Part shown: piece after piece, positions 7,715 to 17,968 of the stretch
Numbering within the stretch: the first letter of the stretch is position 1
How the letters are laid out: each line of letters opens with the position of its first letter
Assembly: GCA_018715985.1 (NCBI GenBank)
Contig: DVKO01000114.1
Span: 1 to 46,671, forward strand
Reading direction: 5' to 3'
Source: Candidatus Enterenecus avicola
Lineage (GTDB): Bacteria; Bacillota; Clostridia; Oscillospirales; Oscillospiraceae
Length of the DNA: 46,671 bases
The notes under the pieces: model-generated
The model's input: the letters and a program-made list of their open reading frames with translations, nothing else
The model's database searches: none
What the model was told of the DNA's origin: nothing
Position numbers and translations under genes: made by a program

Positions 7715-8914
7715 TCACGGGTGAATGGATGTCGTTTCGTTTTTCAGCCAGTGATAGGCCTCCAGCGTATTGGTGTGGATGGGCTGATTTCGCTCCTGCA
7801 TATCCTCCATGGACATCTCAACGCCCATGAGCATAGCCTCCTTGAGATCCCGGTAGGCCAGCGTCCGCATCTCCTCCACCCCGTCAAAGTCCCGGTTGGG
7901 TTCGATATAATCCGCCATGTAGAGGATCATCTCCTCCAGCGTCATGTGTCCCCGCCCGGTGGTGTGGTAGGAGATGGCCTGGCACACGATGGGCTCCTGA
8001 CCGAACACATACTGGGCCAGAGCGGCGCCGCTTTTGGCGTGAAGCAGCTTCACTGCCCCCCGCTCCATGTCGTCCAGAGGCAGGCCGTATCGGTCGCAGA
8101 TCTCCAGGTGCTCTTCCAACGTCAGATACTTGGTGCAGTCGTGCAGAATCCCCGCCCGGCGCATCTGGTCCTCATCCGCGCCCCAACGGCGGGCCAGGCG
8201 CACCGCCTCCTCCTCAGTCCCCTTGATGTGGGCCAGCCGCTTGGCCTTGACCATGGAGTTGGACACACATCGCAGGTCCTCCACCGATAAGTTGGACAAG
8301 TCCGCATGGGTATGGTAGAGCTTTTCCCTCAAAATATAACCGTATACCGGCTGTGAGAGGTACTCTCGTCCCTGACCGCAGGGGAGCATCTCACGGATCT
8401 GGGTGGAGGAGACCTCCAGCAAGTCAGGGATGGAAATGACCCGGATGTTGGCCTGGTAACGCTGGGCCAACTCTCTCTGGTGGGTTTCGCATCGCTCCAC
8501 ATCACGGGCCGTTCGGGCAAAGGCGCAGATCCCCGCCATCTCCATAATCTTCTGGGGCTGGTACCACTCCTCCAAGGTGAGGAACATATCAGACCCCATG
8601 AGCAGCCACAGCTCGTCCTGTGGCCACCGCTCTTTCGCCTGCTCCAGAGTGTGTACCGTGTAGCTTTTCCCGTTGCGGTGCAGCTCCACATCCCAGGTAT
8701 CCACCTGCGGCCCCAGCTGATCGGCAGCCAGTGCCGTCATGGCCATCCGCTGCCCCGGGCTGGGGCTGCCCGGAGGCAGCTGCTTGTGGGGCGGCTGGCT
8801 GTTGGGCACCAGCACCAGACGATCCAATTTCAGTTCGGCCAGCGCCGCCCGAGCTGCTGCCATATGGCCCAAATGGGGAGGGTTGAAGCTTCCGCCGTAA
8901 ATGCCGATTTTCAT
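7715..8914 (-). CDS. nadD: Nicotinate-nucleotide adenylyltransferase fused to a YqeK HD-domain Ap4A hydrolase
   Basis: GGSFNPPH.GH, SYT..TL and SST.IR in the N-terminal part; R..H, LHD.TK, H, HTT and ADYIEPNR in the C-terminal HD domain. Confidence 0.9.
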   Translation of the reverse strand: MKIGIYGGSFNPPHLGHMAAARAALAELKLDRLVLVPNSQPPHKQLPPGSPSPGQRMAMTALAADQLGPQVDTWDVELHRNGKSYTVHTLEQAKERWPQDELWLLMGSDMFLTLEEWYQPQKIMEMAGICAFARTARDVERCETHQRELAQRYQANIRVISIPDLLEVSSTQIREMLPCGQGREYLSQPVYGYILREKLYHTHADLSNLSVEDLRCVSNSMVKAKRLAHIKGTEEEAVRLARRWGADEDQMRRAGILHDCTKYLTLEEHLEICDRYGLPLDDMERGAVKLLHAKSGAALAQYVFGQEPIVCQAISYHTTGRGHMTLEEMILYMADYIEPNRDFDGVEEMRTLAYRDLKEAMLMGVEMSMEDMQERNQPIHTNTLEAYHWLKNETTSIHP

Positions 8915-8961
8915 CTTGCCATCACGTTCCTTTCCCTCTGGATAAAATCTTGCCAATGGGA

Positions 8962-9267
8962 TTACTTCACCAGCTTGATACGCTTGTCCTTCTCCTTGCT
9001 GTGGGTCTCCCGATAGAGCACAAACTTGGTGCCGATGACCTGAACCACCTGACTGCGGGTAGCCCGGGCCAGCTCCTCCGCTCCCTCTCGGGCGGAGAGC
9101 ATGGAGTTTTCCAGCACCTTGCCCTTGATGAGCTCCCGAGCCTCCAGGGCGTCATCCGCCTGGCGGATGAGGTTGTCTCCAATCCCATCCTTGCCGATGT
9201 GGAGGATGGTGTCAATGTTGTTGGCCAGCCCGCGCAGCTGGGCCCTCTGCTTGCTTGTCAAATCCAT
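8962..9267 (-). CDS. yhbY: YhbY/CRM-domain RNA-binding protein
   Basis: LT.KQRA.LR.LA, IGK.G, RELIK and VQVIG..FVLYR motifs. Confidence 0.92.
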   Translation of the reverse strand: MDLTSKQRAQLRGLANNIDTILHIGKDGIGDNLIRQADDALEARELIKGKVLENSMLSAREGAEELARATRSQVVQVIGTKFVLYRETHSKEKDKRIKLVK

Positions 9268-9282
9268 ACGTTTGGAACTCCT

Positions 9283-9873
9283 TTATTTCTCCAGATAGTC
9301 TTGCAGCTTTTCCCGGAACAGGGCCAAAGCCTTCCCCCGATGGGAGATTTCGTTTTTCTCCTCTGCGGTCAGTTGCGCAAAGGTCTTTTTCCGCTGGGGC
9401 AGGAAGAACACGGGATCATAGCCAAAGCCGCCCTCCCCCTGGGGGGCATAGGCGATGGTACCCTGGCACTCTCCGCGGGCGGTGAGCACATCCCCGTTGG
9501 GGAAGCAGCAGGTGATGACGGAGACGAATTTGGCGGTGCGAGGGGTCTGCCCCCGCATATTCTCCAAAAGCAGTCGATACCGTCCCGTGTCGTCCAGGCC
9601 GGGGCCGCCGTACCGGGCGGAATACACCCCGGGCGCCCCGCCCAGGGCATCGACACACAGCCCTGAATCGTCGGCAATGGCGGGCATACCGGTGGCCTCC
9701 ATCACCGCCTGGGCCTTGAGCCGGGAGTTTTCCTCGAAGGTGTCTCCCGTCTCCTCCACCTCCACGTGTACCCCCAACTGGGACTGGAGGCACACCTCAA
9801 TGCCCAGGTGGGAGAGGATGTCATTCATCTCTTTGAGCTTTTTCTCGTTTTGGCTGGCCAATACCAGTTTCAT
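9283..9873 (-). CDS. rdgB: XTP/dITP diphosphatase (HAM1 family)
   Basis: ADDSGL.VDAL.G.PG.YSAR, GFGYDP.F and KN.ISHR motifs. Confidence 0.94.
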   Translation of the reverse strand: MKLVLASQNEKKLKEMNDILSHLGIEVCLQSQLGVHVEVEETGDTFEENSRLKAQAVMEATGMPAIADDSGLCVDALGGAPGVYSARYGGPGLDDTGRYRLLLENMRGQTPRTAKFVSVITCCFPNGDVLTARGECQGTIAYAPQGEGGFGYDPVFFLPQRKKTFAQLTAEEKNEISHRGKALALFREKLQDYLEK

Positions 9874-10592
9874 TGCGCTCCCTCCAAAATCTCTCTCTGG
9901 CGCTGGATCAGCTCCTCAATGCCCTTCTGGCACAGAGCCACCAGCTGCTGCTGCTCGGCCAGGGTGAAGGCCCGTCCCTCTCCGGTGCCTTGCAGCTCCA
10001 CCAGGGCCCCCTCCTCGTTCATCACACAGTTCAAATCCACCATGGCGGAGGAGTCCTCCTCATAGCACAGGTCCAGCATGGGGACGTCGTCCACAATGCC
10101 GGCGGAGATGGCCGCCACATAGTGCTTCACCGGAGAGGCGGGCAACACCCCGTCCTTCACCAGCTTGTTGCAGGCCATGGCCAGGGCCAAAAAGCCGCCG
10201 GTGACACTGGCGGTACGGGTGCCGCCGTCCCCTTGCAGCACATCACAGTCCACAGTGATGGTCATATCCGGCAGCATGGCCAGATCCACCGCCGCCCGAA
10301 GGGAGCGGCCGATGAGCCGCTGGATCTCTGCCGAACGGGGGGAGAGCTTCAGCTTGGACACATCCCGCCGAGAGCGCTCCCGGTTGGCCCGGGGCAGCAT
10401 GGAGTACTCCGCCGTCACCCAGCCGGTCCCCTCAGCCACATGGCGAGGGGCCGTCATCTCCACGCTGGCACAGCACAGCACTTTGGTGTTGCCGCAGGTG
10501 ACCAAAACGCTTCCCTCTGGGAACTTGACAAAATTGGTCTCAAATTTGATGTCTCTCAGCTGGTCTACGGTTCTTCCATCCAAACGAGTCAT
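9870..10592 (-). CDS. rph: Ribonuclease PH
   Basis: R.DGR...LR, GWVTAEYSMLP, EIQRLIGRSLR and DGGTRTA motifs. Confidence 0.95.
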   Translation of the reverse strand: MTRLDGRTVDQLRDIKFETNFVKFPEGSVLVTCGNTKVLCCASVEMTAPRHVAEGTGWVTAEYSMLPRANRERSRRDVSKLKLSPRSAEIQRLIGRSLRAAVDLAMLPDMTITVDCDVLQGDGGTRTASVTGGFLALAMACNKLVKDGVLPASPVKHYVAAISAGIVDDVPMLDLCYEEDSSAMVDLNCVMNEEGALVELQGTGEGRAFTLAEQQQLVALCQKGIEELIQRQREILEGAQ

Positions 10593-10610
10593 GTCATTTC
10601 CTCCTTACAC

Positions 10611-10817
10611 TTAACCCAAAAGCCCAAGGCCCACGGCCTGGAACACAGCCACCGCAACACCCAACACTGCAAGCACAATGCCCACGATCCGGGCGGTCTT
10701 GACCGAGTGCTCCGGTACGTCCTTCCGCTTCATCCGCCGCTGCAAATAGGGCAGTGGGTTGACGGCGTACCACACGCCATAGACGGCCACCAACAGGCTC
10801 ACAATCATCCAAATCAT
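10611..10817 (-). CDS. Small membrane protein with two predicted TM helices
   Basis: Two hydrophobic segments; start overlaps the ftsY stop (TAATG); upstream GGAGG. Confidence 0.7.
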   Translation of the reverse strand: MIWMIVSLLVAVYGVWYAVNPLPYLQRRMKRKDVPEHSVKTARIVGIVLAVLGVAVAVFQAVGLGLLG

Positions 10818-11683
10818 TACAGCAGCGCCTCCACAAACGCTTTGGCGTCAAAGGGCTGCAGGTCGCCCACTTGCTCGCCCACTCCCACATACTTGACGGG
10901 CACACCCAACTCCTTGGCAATGGCAATGACAATGCCGCCCTTGGCCGTGCCGTCCAGCTTGGTGAGGACAATACCGGTGATGCCCGCGCTCTCCCCGAAC
11001 TGCTTGGCCTGAATGAGGCCGTTCTGCCCGGTGGTGGCATCCAGTACCAACAGGGTCTCCCGGCTGGAGTCGGGACATTCCCGGTCAATGACCCGGGAGA
11101 TCTTATTGAGCTCGTTCATCAGGTTCTGCTTGTTGTGCAGACGTCCGGCGGTGTCCACCAGCACCACATCCGCCTTTCTGGCCTTGGCGGCGCTCATGGC
11201 GTCGTACACCACGGCGGCGGGGTCCGCCCCCTCGTGCTGCTTGATGATGTCCACCCCAGCCCGCTCAGACCAGATGGTGAGCTGGTCGGCTGCGGCAGCC
11301 CGGAAGGTATCGCCGGCGCACAGCAGCACCCGCTTGCCCTCTCCTTTCCAACGGGCCGCCAGCTTGCCGATGGAGGTGGTCTTACCCACTCCGTTGACGC
11401 CGATGAACAGCACCACGGCGGGAGTTCGGCTCATATCCACGCTGGGGTCCCCCACGGTGAGCAGCTCGGCCAAAATCTCCTTCATGCAGGCCTTGGCGCC
11501 CTCGGTGTCCTTGATCTTGCCGCGCTTGCAGCGCTGCTTGAGTTCCTCCACGGCCTCCATGGTGGTCTCTGCCCCCATGTCCGCCATCACCAGAGACTCC
11601 TCCAGTTCATCATAGAAATCGTCGTCCAGCTGAGAAAAGCCGTTGAAAATGCCGATCTTCTTTATCTTATCAAAAAAGCCCAT
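10817..11683 (-). CDS. ftsY: SRP receptor FtsY (NG domain, no acidic extension)
   Basis: GVNGVGKTT, DTFRAAA, DTAGR and TKLDGTAKGG motifs. Confidence 0.95.
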   Translation of the reverse strand: MGFFDKIKKIGIFNGFSQLDDDFYDELEESLVMADMGAETTMEAVEELKQRCKRGKIKDTEGAKACMKEILAELLTVGDPSVDMSRTPAVVLFIGVNGVGKTTSIGKLAARWKGEGKRVLLCAGDTFRAAAADQLTIWSERAGVDIIKQHEGADPAAVVYDAMSAAKARKADVVLVDTAGRLHNKQNLMNELNKISRVIDRECPDSSRETLLVLDATTGQNGLIQAKQFGESAGITGIVLTKLDGTAKGGIVIAIAKELGVPVKYVGVGEQVGDLQPFDAKAFVEALL

Positions 11684-11701
11684 ATTGTTTCTCCTTACAC
11701 T

Positions 11702-14700
11702 TCATTGATCCTTCAAATCCAGCGCCTGCTCCATCTCATTGAGATTGATGGTGAGGATGCGGCTGATTCCCTGTTCCTGCATGGTCACACCGTAGAGCAC
11801 ATCTGCCTCTTCCATGGTGCCCCGGCGATGGGTGATGGCGATAAACTGGGTGCGATCACTCATACGGCGCAGATACTGGGCATAGCGCACCACATTGGCG
11901 TCGTCCAGGGCCGCCTCGATCTCGTCCATCACACAGAATGGTGTGGGCCGAACCTTCAAGATGGCAAAGTACAGGGCAATGGCCACAAACGCCTTTTCCC
12001 CGCCGGAGAGCAGACTGATGATCTTCAGCGCCTTGCCGGGAGGCTGGGCCTTGATCTCGATGCCGCAGTTGAGGATGTCCTCCGGGTCCTCCAGCTCCAG
12101 AGTGGCCTTGCCGCCCCGGAACAGCTCCACAAAGGTCTCCTGGAAGGTCTCCCGGATCTGCTGAAATTTCTCCTGGAAGATCTCCTTCATTTCCCGGGTA
12201 ATCTGGCGGATGATCTCCTCCAGCTCCCGCTTGGAAGCCGTGACGTCATCTCGCTGGTCGGTCAGGTAGCTGTACCGCTCATAAACCCGCTGGTATTCCT
12301 CCACCGCATCCGGGTTGATGCTGCCCAGGGCGGAAATACTCCGTTTCAGCTCACCGATGCGTCGTTGCGCCTTGGGCACTGACTCCAACTCCACCCGCTG
12401 CAAGCGGGCCGCCTCATGGGAGAGCTGATAGCCCTCCCACAGCTTGTCCAGAATCTGGCTCTCCTCCATGGCCGCAGCCATGGATTTCTGCTCCAGCACT
12501 GAGACCTCCCGCTCCATGGACAGCAGGTCGCTGTTTTTCTCCCGGGCCTGCTTATCCGCCTGGTTGCGCTTGCCCTCCAGTTCCAGCTTGTCCCGGTTGA
12601 CTCCAGCCAGCTGGCGGGCGGACGCCTCCTTCTGTACCAGCAGCGCCTGCACCTGCTGATCCTGCTCCATCATCTGCTGCTGGATCTGTCGGTTCTCCTC
12701 TTCCAGCTTGGCGATCCTATCCTGACGGCCGGCCGTGTCCCCGGAGAGATCCCGCTGCAGCTGCTCCAGCTGGGTGAGGTTGGCCTGCATGGCGGTCTGC
12801 TCTCCCTCCAGTCCGGCCCATTGGGCCCGGAGGGCCGCCTTTTCCTGGCTGCACGCCTCCAGCTGCTGCTGCAAGGTGGTCTGCCCCTGGCTCTTGTCTT
12901 GGGACTGGGCCTGGAGAGCCGCGGCGGCCCCTTCCAGCTGGGCAATCCGGGCTTTGGCCTGGTTGGCCGCCTCCACATTCTCCTCATTGCGCCGCTGAAG
13001 CCCTGCCCGCTCCTGGCGCAGCGCCTCACAGCGCTGCTGTACCTGTTCCAGCTGCTGGGCCCCGTGCTCCACCTGCTGAGACTGGGTGAGCACCCCGTCC
13101 TCCGCCTGGCGCAGCTGGGCCTGGGCGGTATCCAATTCATACTGGGCCGCCGTCTGCTCCCGCTGGGCCTGCGCCAGCTGTTCTTTGGCGCCCTCCGCCT
13201 CCCGGCTGAGGGTGCTCATCTGTCCTCTCAGCCGCTCCAACTCGTTGGCCCGGGAGAGGATTCCCGCAGAGCGGGAGACAGAGCCGCCGGTCATGGAGCC
13301 GCCGGCATTGAGCACCTGGCCATCCAGAGTGACGATACGGAAACGGTGTCCATATCGACGGGCCATGGCCATGGCACGGTCCAAATCCTGGGCGATGACA
13401 ATGCGCCCCAACAGATTGGACATCACATTACGATAATCCTGGTGGTATTCAATAAGCTCGTTGGCCATGCCCACATATCCGGGCTGTTCCTCCAGCCCGG
13501 TCTCCCGCAGGCTTCCCGGACGGATGGTATTCATGGGCAGGAAGGTGGCCCGCCCGCCATCCCGGCGCTTGAGCCAACCGATGGCCTGTTTGGCGTCCTG
13601 ATCCCGCTCCACCACCACGTGCTGCATGGCACCGCCCAGGGCAATCTCGATGGCCACGGCATAGGCGTCGGGAACGTGGATCAGCCCCGCTACCGGGCCG
13701 CGCACACCGGTCAGATTCCCCCGCTTGGCCTCCCCCATCAGCAGCTTCACCGATTTGGAGTATCCCTCATAGAGTTTTTCCATCTCAGAGAGCATATGGA
13801 TGCGGGATTGCAGGTTGTTCTGTTCCATCTCCAGCCTGCGATGGGTCTCCTGGGTCTGCTGGGCCTTGCGCTGTCTGGTTTGCAGGCGCATCTGATAGCC
13901 GGACACAGTGTTGGCGATGCTGTCCCGCTGGCTCTCCAGCTGAGCCAGCTGGGCCTTTCTCTGCTCCTGCTCCCCCTCCAGTTCCCGCTTTTTGGCCTCC
14001 TGCTCCAGGAGCTCCCGGGCAATGCTCTCCTCCCGGTCCATAAGCTCCTGGCCTGCGGCGGACAGGGCGGACAGCAGCGCCCTGGCCTCTCCAGCCGAGG
14101 CCTGCTCCAGCCGCTCCCGCTCCCGCAGCTGAGCCAGTTCTTCATCCAGCCCACCCACGGAGTCCATCAGATGCCGACTCTTCTCCTCCAGCTCATCCAG
14201 CTGGGTCTGGAGCTTGGCCATCTCTTCCTCCACTTGGTCCAGACGCTGCCTGCGCTGGGCCACCTGCTGGGCCAGAGATCCCGCCCGGCCCGCCTGTTGC
14301 TCCAACTCATCCTGAATGCGCTGGATGTTTTCCGTGTTGTTTTTCTGATCCCGGCGCAGCAGCTCCAGCTGGCTCTGTCCCTGGTGCACCTGCTGTTCCA
14401 GGTCACTCTGGGCGCGCCGGATCTCCTCCGCCTGCACATCCTGCTGCTGCATTTGGCCCGCATACTCCTCTGTGAGCCGGTACAGACGGTCCAGTTCCTG
14501 GCGCAGGGCCTCTCGCTGGGCTGTGGCGGTATCCAGCGCCGTTTTCAGCTGGATTCCATTGGCTCTGAGCTGCTCCAGCTGCTCCAGCCACACAGAGATC
14601 TCCAGGCCCCGCAGCTCATCCCGCATGACCAGGTACTTCTTGGTCTTTTCCGCCTGCTGTCTCAGGGGCTCCACCTGCAGCTCCAGTTCATCGATCTTAT

Positions 14701-15277
14701 CATTGATCCGCACCAGGTTCTCCTGGGTGCGCTCCAGCTTGCGCTCCGCCTCTTCCTTTCGGTGACGGAATTTGGAGATTCCCGCCGCCTCTTCAAACAC
14801 CTCTCGCCGGTCCGAGCTCTTCACAGAGAGGATCTCGTCGATTTTCCCCTGGCCGATGATGGAGTACCCCTCCCGGCCCAGGCCGGTGTCCATAAACAAC
14901 TCGTTGATGTCCCTCAGACGGCAGGAGCGACGATTGATGTAGTACTCACTCTCTCCTGAACGGTAGTAGCGCCGGGTCACCGCCACCTCCTGCTCCTCCA
15001 GGTCCAGCAGATGCTGGCTGTTGTCCAGCACCAGCGTCACCTCGGCAAACCCCAAGCTCTTGCGCTTGGCTGTGCCGTCGAAGATCACGTCCTCCATTTT
15101 GTTGCCACGGAGGGTGCGGGTAGACTGTTCCCCCATGACCCAGCGGATGGCATCGGCAATATTGGATTTTCCAGATCCATTGGGCCCCACGATCACGGTG
15201 ATGTCGGCGCCGAAGGTCAGCACCGTCTTCTCCGGAAAGGACTTGAACCCCTGGATCTCCAGCGCTTTCAAATACAA
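11702..15277 (-). CDS. smc: Chromosome segregation protein SMC
   Basis: GFKSF, VGPNGSGKSN, coiled coils, hinge GRATFLP, LSGGEK and DEIEAALD; TTG start chosen (15286 is an alternative). Confidence 0.96.
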   Translation of the reverse strand: MYLKALEIQGFKSFPEKTVLTFGADITVIVGPNGSGKSNIADAIRWVMGEQSTRTLRGNKMEDVIFDGTAKRKSLGFAEVTLVLDNSQHLLDLEEQEVAVTRRYYRSGESEYYINRRSCRLRDINELFMDTGLGREGYSIIGQGKIDEILSVKSSDRREVFEEAAGISKFRHRKEEAERKLERTQENLVRINDKIDELELQVEPLRQQAEKTKKYLVMRDELRGLEISVWLEQLEQLRANGIQLKTALDTATAQREALRQELDRLYRLTEEYAGQMQQQDVQAEEIRRAQSDLEQQVHQGQSQLELLRRDQKNNTENIQRIQDELEQQAGRAGSLAQQVAQRRQRLDQVEEEMAKLQTQLDELEEKSRHLMDSVGGLDEELAQLRERERLEQASAGEARALLSALSAAGQELMDREESIARELLEQEAKKRELEGEQEQRKAQLAQLESQRDSIANTVSGYQMRLQTRQRKAQQTQETHRRLEMEQNNLQSRIHMLSEMEKLYEGYSKSVKLLMGEAKRGNLTGVRGPVAGLIHVPDAYAVAIEIALGGAMQHVVVERDQDAKQAIGWLKRRDGGRATFLPMNTIRPGSLRETGLEEQPGYVGMANELIEYHQDYRNVMSNLLGRIVIAQDLDRAMAMARRYGHRFRIVTLDGQVLNAGGSMTGGSVSRSAGILSRANELERLRGQMSTLSREAEGAKEQLAQAQREQTAAQYELDTAQAQLRQAEDGVLTQSQQVEHGAQQLEQVQQRCEALRQERAGLQRRNEENVEAANQAKARIAQLEGAAAALQAQSQDKSQGQTTLQQQLEACSQEKAALRAQWAGLEGEQTAMQANLTQLEQLQRDLSGDTAGRQDRIAKLEEENRQIQQQMMEQDQQVQALLVQKEASARQLAGVNRDKLELEGKRNQADKQAREKNSDLLSMEREVSVLEQKSMAAAMEESQILDKLWEGYQLSHEAARLQRVELESVPKAQRRIGELKRSISALGSINPDAVEEYQRVYERYSYLTDQRDDVTASKRELEEIIRQITREMKEIFQEKFQQIRETFQETFVELFRGGKATLELEDPEDILNCGIEIKAQPPGKALKIISLLSGGEKAFVAIALYFAILKVRPTPFCVMDEIEAALDDANVVRYAQYLRRMSDRTQFIAITHRRGTMEEADVLYGVTMQEQGISRILTINLNEMEQALDLKDQ

Positions 15278-15347
15278 TCCATGCACCCCATTATTTCCAG
15301 CTCAGCAATTCTGCCCTCTGCGAAACACCGCAAGGCAATACAGGTTG

Positions 15348-15376
15348 ATTGTATCATTATTTCCCTTTTGTTGCAA
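15348..15376 (-). promoter_or_regulatory. Sigma-A promoter of the smc operon
   Basis: Minus-strand TTGCAA-N17-TACAAT with extended -10 TG. Confidence 0.65.
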
Positions 15377-15405
15377 CCATTTCCCCTGTTTTTCCCGTGG
15401 AGTAC

Positions 15406-15435
15406 AAAAAGGGGCGGCCCCCAGGGCCGCCCCTT
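15406..15435 (-). terminator. Terminator after lysC
   Basis: AAGGGGCGGCCC/GGGCCGCCCCTT stem with a T run on the minus strand. Confidence 0.8.
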
Positions 15436-15442
15436 CCCGGCG

Positions 15443-16669
15443 TCATTGTGCGCCGTTGAACTCGTCATAGAACCGGTCGTGCACCACCTGCACTGCCCGG
15501 TCTGCGTCGTTGATGTCCACCAGCACAGAGACTTTGATCTCACTGGTAGAAATCATATTGATGTTGATGCCAGCATTGAACAGAGCCTCGAACATGGCGG
15601 CGGCCACGCCGGGGTTGTTGATCATTCCTGCCCCCACAATGGACACCTTGGCAATGTTGTCCGAGACGTCGATGTGGTCGAAGGCAATCACTTCACGGTT
15701 CTCCTCCAGCAATCTCCGGGCCAAATCCAGATCGTTCTTGGACACGGTGAAGCTGATGTCTTTGGTCTCGCTGCGGCCAATGGACTGGAGGATGATGTCC
15801 ACATTGACGTTATTTCGGGCCAGCAGGGAGAAGATCTTAAAGGCGATGCCCGGGGTGTCCTCCAACCCCACCAGAGCCAGCCGGGCAATGCTTTTATCCT
15901 TGGCCACACCGCTGATATGAGACTTTTCCATGTGCTTGACTACCTCCTTGACTTTTGTACCAGGTGTACCGGAAAAGCTGGAGAGCACCTCCAGCTCCAC
16001 ATCATATCGTTTCGCCATCTCCACCGAGCGGTTGTGCAGGACCTGTGCCCCCAGGGTGGCCAGCTCCAACATCTCCTCATAGGTGATCTCCTCCAACTTG
16101 TGGGCGCTGGGCACCAGTCGGGGATCGGCGGTGTAAATCCCGTCCACATCGGTGTAGATCTGACACAAATCTGCGTGGAGCACTGCGGCCAGCGCCACCG
16201 CCGAGGTGTCCGACCCGCCTCGGCCCAGGGTGGTGATGTCTCCGTATTTGTTGATCCCCTGGAAGCCGGTGACGATGACAATGCGCCGCTTATCCAGCTC
16301 CTCCAAAATACGTTCCGGCTTGACCCGCTTGATGCGGGCATTGGTATACCCGGAATTGGTGTGAAATCCAGCCTGCCATCCGGTCAGGGACACCACCGGA
16401 AATCCCATGTCCTCTATGGCCATGGCGCACAGCGCACAGGAGATCTGCTCTCCCGTGGACAGGAGCATATCCATCTCCCGCCGGGAGGGGTTTGGATTGA
16501 GTTCCCGGGCCTTTTCAATCAAATCATCGGTGGTGTCCCCCTGGGCAGAGAGTACCACCACCACGCTGTTTCCCTTTCGATATGTCTCCGTGATGATGCG
16601 GGCCACGTTGTGCATCCGCTGGGCATCCGCCACGGAAGATCCTCCAAATTTTTGTACGATCAGTGCCAT
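15443..16669 (-). CDS. lysC: Aspartate kinase
   Basis: VQKFGGSSV, TTLGRGGSD and TDVDG..TADPR motifs; two ACT domains. Confidence 0.94.
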   Translation of the reverse strand: MALIVQKFGGSSVADAQRMHNVARIITETYRKGNSVVVVLSAQGDTTDDLIEKARELNPNPSRREMDMLLSTGEQISCALCAMAIEDMGFPVVSLTGWQAGFHTNSGYTNARIKRVKPERILEELDKRRIVIVTGFQGINKYGDITTLGRGGSDTSAVALAAVLHADLCQIYTDVDGIYTADPRLVPSAHKLEEITYEEMLELATLGAQVLHNRSVEMAKRYDVELEVLSSFSGTPGTKVKEVVKHMEKSHISGVAKDKSIARLALVGLEDTPGIAFKIFSLLARNNVNVDIILQSIGRSETKDISFTVSKNDLDLARRLLEENREVIAFDHIDVSDNIAKVSIVGAGMINNPGVAAAMFEALFNAGININMISTSEIKVSVLVDINDADRAVQVVHDRFYDEFNGAQ

Positions 16670-16726
16670 CGCTCTCTCCATCCTTTCGGGCCGCTTTCCC
16701 GCCCCATTCTATGCCGGTTTCCCGGT

Positions 16727-17941
16727 TTAGTTGAGCACTCGAATCAGGGACAGTACGGCTATCCCGCTCAGCTTTGCCCTCAGTTGACCCTCAGTCATGA
16801 CCTGCTCGGTGATTCCCGCTGCCTCACCGGGGGTGGCTCCGCTGCGGGCCAGCAGCTTCATCTCTCCCACTTGGCTGCGCAGGGTGTCAGCCGATGCCTG
16901 CACCCGCACATAGAACCGACTGGCCAGCTCGTCGGTGCCGCACACCAAGGCGGCGTCACCCTGCTCCCAGGTCATGGCGCCGCGGAGTCCCTTGCTGCGG
17001 GCGATGTCCATCACATCGGCCACCACAGCGGAAGCCGTGGGCAGCTTGCCCGCGCCGCGGCCATAGAACATCACGTCCCCCACCGCATTGCCACGGACGA
17101 ACACCGCATTGAACACATCATCCACGCCGGCAATGGGGTGGCTGGCATCCACCAGATGGGGGGCCACATAGGCGCATACCCGGCCATCCTCCTGACGAAC
17201 CGCCCGGCCCAACAGCTTAATTTTCTTTCCCGCACCGTCCGCATAGTCCACATCGGCCAGAGTGATGCCAGTAATTCCCTCGGTGGGCACCAGCTGGGGG
17301 TCCACATTCTTCCCAAAGGCCAAATCAGCCAAGATGCAGATCTTCCGGCAGGCGTCGTAGCCCAGAATATCCGCCGACGGGTCACGCTCGGCATATCCGT
17401 TTTCCTGGGCCTCCTTCAGGGCCGCCTCAAAGGACAGCCCCGCCCCAATCATACGGGTGAGAATGTAGTTGGTGGTGCCGTTGAGAATGCCGCAGATCTC
17501 CTCCACCCGGTTGGCGGCCAGACACACAGTCAGGGGGCGGATAATGGGAATACCGCCGCCTACACTGGCCTCAAAGAGATAGCACACACCCTTTTCCTGA
17601 GCCAGCCGGGTGAGCTCCAGCCCGTGGCAGGCCACAAGTTCCTTATTTGAGGTCACCACGTGTTTCCTGGCCCGCAGCGCCCGCTGGGTAAAGTTGTGTG
17701 CCACAGTTGCCCCACCAATGGTCTCCACCACAATGGACACCTCGTCGTCCTCCTCAATGACAGAAAAATCTTTGACAAAGGTACCGCCGTAGGGGGAGTG
17801 GTCAAAATCCCGGACATCCAGAATGTACTTGACTGACACCTCCTCCCCCACGCTGTGGGTGATGGCGTCCTTATTTTCAAACAATACCTGAGCCACGCCG
17901 GAGCCCACAGTACCATATCCCAAAATTGCTACTTTTACCAC
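16727..17941 (-). CDS. hom: Homoserine dehydrogenase
   Basis: G.GTVG.G, VVT.NK, FEASVGGGIP, GILNGTTNYIL and G.GAG.LPTASAV motifs. Confidence 0.94.
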   Translation of the reverse strand: MVKVAILGYGTVGSGVAQVLFENKDAITHSVGEEVSVKYILDVRDFDHSPYGGTFVKDFSVIEEDDEVSIVVETIGGATVAHNFTQRALRARKHVVTSNKELVACHGLELTRLAQEKGVCYLFEASVGGGIPIIRPLTVCLAANRVEEICGILNGTTNYILTRMIGAGLSFEAALKEAQENGYAERDPSADILGYDACRKICILADLAFGKNVDPQLVPTEGITGITLADVDYADGAGKKIKLLGRAVRQEDGRVCAYVAPHLVDASHPIAGVDDVFNAVFVRGNAVGDVMFYGRGAGKLPTASAVVADVMDIARSKGLRGAMTWEQGDAALVCGTDELASRFYVRVQASADTLRSQVGEMKLLARSGATPGEAAGITEQVMTEGQLRAKLSGIAVLSLIRVLN

Positions 17942-17968
17942 GTCAGTCACCTCATACGATTCCGATTT

